Notes under the pieces: generated by a model
The model's input: only the letters and a program-made list of their open reading frames with translations
Databases searched by the model: none
What the model was told of the DNA's origin: nothing
Shown here: positions 59,844 through 64,000 of the stretch, one piece after another
Layout: each line of letters opens with the position of its first letter
Position numbering within the stretch: position 1 is the stretch's first letter
DNA from: Octopus sinensis
Lineage: Eukaryota
Direction: 5' to 3'
Assembly (NCBI RefSeq): GCF_006345805.1
Contig: NC_043008.1
Coordinates: 5,332,001-5,396,000 of the forward strand
Length of the DNA: 64,000 nucleotides
Position numbers and translations under genes: made by a program

Positions 59844-61466
59844 ATAAGTCCTGGGGTCGATCTATTCAACTAAAGGTGGTGCTCCAGTATGGCTGCAGTC
59901 AAATGACTGAAACAAGTAAAAGAGAACATATCTTTCTTCAGCAGCACAATCATTTGTTAATACTTCCAGTCAGTTGATAATTGCAGTGCAGATGTACCAA
60001 GACAAGAATGAACAGGTCTGATATAGAGTAGACTAGACAATCCAAATAGTTACCACTTCACAGCTTCCCAGCATCATCCATACTTCAGATGACATAAGTA
60101 TGACAAAATCAAATTCGATGACTGGCATCCGTGCTAGCGGGGTGCAAAGAGCACCATACAAATGTGATCGTTGACAGAGCAGCCAACTGGATTCCGTATC
60201 GGTGGCACATAAAAGTGCACCATTCGAGCGTGATCATTACCAGCATCGCCTTACTGGCACCCGTGCTGGTGGCATGTATAAAAAGATTTGAGCGAGGTCG
60301 TTGCCAGTATCGTCTGACTGGTCCCGTGCCGGTGGCACGTCAAAACCACCCACTACACTCTCAGAGTGGTTGATGTTAGGAAGGGCATCCAGCTGTAGAA
60401 ACTCTGCCAGATCAAGATTGGAGCCTGGTGCGGCCGTCTTATTCGCCAGCCCTCAGTCAAAATCATCCAACCCATGCTAGCATGGAAAGCGGACAAATGA
60501 TGATGATGATTTTACATAACTTCATCAGATGAGATATGCAGTAAATTGCCAAAGTCCTAAAGACTACTACATCTAATCTACTCATTCTCCACAAACAGTT
60601 GGAAGACAATTTAAATCTTTTAGAGATCATACCATGACTTTGTTGCCATAACCTAATTTTGCTATTAATGTCCACTGACGAGCTTTCATACCCTGATGCC
60701 TTAAAGCCATGTGGCTAGCAAAAACATATCACTTTTAAATCTTTCTGTTGAAGTGTTTCCAACCTCACTAATTCAAAATTGACTTTTTCAGCCTCAAACT
60801 TTTAAAAGTAAACTTAAACATACAACTAAATGTTTTATCACTAATAGTACTTGAAATCAGTAAAACCCAAACATGTTCTTTCACTAATAAAAATAATTTT
60901 ATAAATTGATAGATAACAATTTTCCAATTTACAAAGTAATTGAACTAACTATTCAAGGTCTTAATAAAATATTCCAATTTGTTAGCTTGCGAAGACTTGT
61001 TGAGGCAAGTGAATCAAAATCGAAATCAAAATCGATGACTGGCACCCATGCCAGTGGAGCTCTAAGAGTACCATACAAGTGAGATCGTTCCCAGAGCAAC
61101 AAGCTGGCCTCCGTGCCAATGACACGTTAAAAAACACAATTTGAGCATGATCGTTTCCTGCGTCGCCTTACTAGCAATTGTGCTGGTGGCACATGAAAGC
61201 AGCCACTACACTCTCAGAGTGGTTGGTGTTAGGAAGGGCATCAAGCTGTAGAAACTCTGCCAGATCAGATTGGAGTCTGGTGCAGCCATCTGGTTCGCCA
61301 GACCTCAGTCAAATCGCCCAACCCATGCCAGCATGGAAAGTGGACGTTAAACGATGATGTATCTAAGATAAACCTATATATGTTTGATGCCAAATTCATT
61401 ATCAATGTTTTATAATCCATGTTACATGACATTGATTTCTAACATTGGAAGAGGGTTACACATTTT

Positions 61467-62236
61467 AATAATAAATAATAATGAAATTATTGTATACAGT
61501 GCTCAGGTGCACCACAACTTGTCAAAAGTGCATATAGAGCATATGCAGTACAAATGTCTGGAAAGTGAACAGTGTATGAGTCAGATACATGTTTGCGTGT
61601 GTATGGAGGGGAGAAAATCAGGTGTAGTGTTGGCGAATCTCAGGAAGCATGAAAGTTTTGAAGGATGCAGTGCTCTGACAACTAACAACTGATGCTGGCA
61701 GTTTGTTCCATGCTTCAGCAACTCTCAGCGTGAAAAAATGTTTCTGAAAGTCATGGGAGCTGTGCTGTTTTCTGACTTTGTAAATATGTCCACGGGTGTT
61801 AGACAGGTGGAGTTTGTAAAGGTGCTCAGAGTTATTGTTTGTAAGATGGTTAATAATTTTATGGGTGTCTGCCAAGTCAGCTGCCAGATGTCGGAGTTTC
61901 AATGTGTCCATGCTCAGGGAAGTAGGGCGTTCAGAATATGGCAAATGCCTGATGGAAAGTATTCTTTTGGTTGCACGTCGCTGAACGGCTTCCAGACAAT
62001 TAATATCCTGGGCAAGATAGGGGTTCCAGACTGGTGATGCAAATTCCAGGTGAGGTATTACCATAGCTATATAAAGCCGCAGATAGATAGCTGGAGAGTG
62101 GCTCACAAAGGAGTTGGTGAGTGATGCCAAGACACCCTCAGCCTTCTTGGCAATTTTAGCAATGTGTTTTTTCCAACGCAAATCGCTCTCGACAATAACA
62201 CACAGGTCACGTTCACATGAAGACTTTTTGAGAATA
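61467..62236 (-). mobile_element. CR1 3' fragment
   Basis: ORF 61618..62181 (PHLEFASPVWNPYL...LEAVQRRATK). Confidence 0.92.
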
Positions 62237-62295
62237 AGAGGCTAAAGTTAATAAAACTGACCTCAATCCTTAACAGGTATTTTATTTTATAGATC

Positions 62296-62955
62296 TGTAG
62301 CGAATCTTGCATGCATGAAGCAGATTCGATCCACCATAGCCAAATTTAAATCAACACTGCTACAGAACTTTTCCCACGATAGAACAATGGTTTTTCTCTG
62401 ACAGCAGATTTATATTTCCCAGATGCCATTAGCTAGGTCGAAATAATGTCTTCACCACTTGACCCTTTCTAACCTCTTCTACTTCACTAAAGGCTAGAAT
62501 AGAGATAACAAGACCACCAACTAAATCTATTGTTCTCAATGATATATATCTATCCTTCTGGATCTTAAAATAAGCAAGCACATCCCAAGCAAAAATCAGT
62601 TAGTCACCAGCTGGTGACAACTCTACGAGGTCTGGCTGAGAAAGCAACTGTGAGACAAAACCCTACCGTTCTCTCTAGCTCTAATTCTATTCTCTTACAA
62701 CATCATTCTATCGCTATCTGTAAATTACTACTAACTATTCGTATATGCCAAACTATGTAATGAAGAGAACCCAAACGCATCTAACTTTCACATATTTTTG
62801 GATTTATCAACCCGCCCTTAAACTTCAATATATTGTCTATCTTTGACATCTTACAACTTGCTGTTTTAATAACAAACTCTTATCGTCACAACTGCTGACT
62901 TCGACATTTCCTCATTAATAATGTTTACCTAATCAAATATCTACTGACCGCTACA
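62296..62955. mobile_element. Solo LTR (660 bp)
   Basis: Termini TGTAGCG...CGCTACA (TG..CA inverted repeat) with a 4-bp GATC duplication. The empty site (atagatccct) is visible in the paralogous segment near 22645. Confidence 0.85.
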
Positions 62956-63304
62956 GATCCCTTGGGGATGGAAAGCAAGGCTGACTTCAGTTGGAAGTGA
63001 TACCACATTGTAAAAGGCCATAGTTAAATATATCTCCAGACATTTTTGTCCGCTGGTCATATGATTCTGCCCATACACTGCATTTCTGATATGTAGCATG
63101 TTGTCTATTGATTTGTTTTGTAGGCATGAGTCTTCTTATTTTTATATCAGTGAGAAAATTAGCATAATGTTCAAGAATATTAATGACATAAAATGAAATG
63201 GTCACACGTTGGCATTGAAAGCAGATCACTGACAAAGGTACTCAACAGGTTTCACTCTAATTTTCTCACAAATTCTGAACTTCAAGTTTCAGGTTTATTG
63301 CAGA

Positions 63305-63826
63305 CTAGCAGTATAGCCTGGCGTTGCTCGGGTTTGTTTTCTTTTCGACCCTTTAGAATTGGAATTTTTGAAAAGTAAAAATTTTGCATTATGAGAACTC
63401 TTTAAAAAGGCACGCTCAAAACTGCTAGAATTTGCATTTTTCAAGCTAGAGAATTCAGACTTGCTCCAATCGATTCAGGAAATTTTTCTACGTATATGCT
63501 CATATTTTTTTTTCGAAAAACTCAAAAATTGAACATGTTTTCGCCCCATTTTTCCATTGCATTCGTGCAAACATGCGCATAGTCATGCGTAGAATCCAAC
63601 ATGTTGCTTGAACACAACTCAAGGCAATACTGTATGACATCCACTCACTCGCAGAAAATGTATTGTTTCGGGCCTTTGTTATCGAGATAGAGACTTGAAA
63701 CCTACTCTGGCCGTAACTACACCAAGCCTTCTATAGGTGTGTAAATTTTCAGCTCAATCCTAGCACGTCTAGTGCCATTGAATCCTTACGAAAGCCAAGT
63801 TTTTTTTCCTCTTTTATATAGGTAGA
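63305..63826 (-). mobile_element. Chimeric Helitron-like element
   Basis: 5' part matches 33890-34330; 3' part matches 34690-34775, including the CTAG end. Confidence 0.75.
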
Positions 63827-64000
63827 ATAAGAAGTGAGGTTATGTAGCATTCACATCTAAATTATAGACAATAATAAAGTGAAGTGTTGCAATCCATAAT
63901 TTCAAGGAGTCAATAATCAATTATAGACATATTACACACTTCAAAAATGTCAGCGGAGAGGGTCATTTATCTTCCTTTTGTAGTAAATGGCAAGCTATTC

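Larger units (their letters stand above)
4231..61358. repeat. Dispersed RTE family A 3'UTR-only copies (aggregate entry)
   Basis: Shared core ggagtggttggcgttaggaagggcatccagctgtagaaa...ccatgctagcatgg...(gat)n. Plus strand, approx: 4231-4500, 5101-5578, 8845-9435, 11061-11670, 13090-13575, 15322-15605, 17183-17560, 17680-17940, 19621-20019, 25020-25567, 27160-27497, 28765-28990, 32940-33205, 35062-35718, 36078-36297, 41118-41577, 46288-46787, 49105-49558, 51995-52257, 56815-57213, 60104-60510, 60985-61358. Minus strand: 7726-8290, 12484-13010, 14692-15025, 17938-18450, 22123-22505, 32470-32650, 39640-39890, 57840-58195, 58440-59020. Confidence 0.93.

Noticed and set aside
7807-61358. Many 60-190 aa ORFs with recurring text such as MFLQLDALPNANHS or PFECDRYQRRLTG
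   Set aside because: These are spurious translations of the non-coding RTE 3'UTR on both strands.

Overview
Eukaryotic, AT-rich and repeat-dense DNA. The SINE, RTE and Helitron repertoire suggests a coleoid cephalopod, probably Octopus (inference). One gene runs through the window on the minus strand: a bifunctional peptidylglycine alpha-amidating monooxygenase (PAM). I could chain 14 phase-compatible exons (55725 down to 3501; 1502 nt, about 500 aa). They cover the C-terminal half of PHM (THAH and EMC copper-M ligands), the linker, and most of PAL. The N-terminal PHM exons and the final PAL exons lie outside the window. Everything else is intron. The introns hold about 40 mostly 5'-truncated copies of one RTE LINE, whose RT carries an embedded PHD-type finger and whose 3'UTR is a modular hairpin array. 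They also hold two other RTE families, CR1 and Penelope fragments, three tRNA-derived SINE families, non-autonomous Helitrons, foldback MITEs, a piggyBac-type MITE, a mariner relic and a solo LTR. Best leads: substitutions in conserved PAL motifs (DRENGR to DRGNGR); an 81-codon read-through with AATAAA after the last PHM exon; a GC donor with an alternative 4-nt-shifted GT/AG pair beside the Cu ligands; and a TSD-flanked retro-insert carrying a copy of another intron of the same gene. Repeat coordinates are by eye and approximate; exon coordinates were counted base by base.
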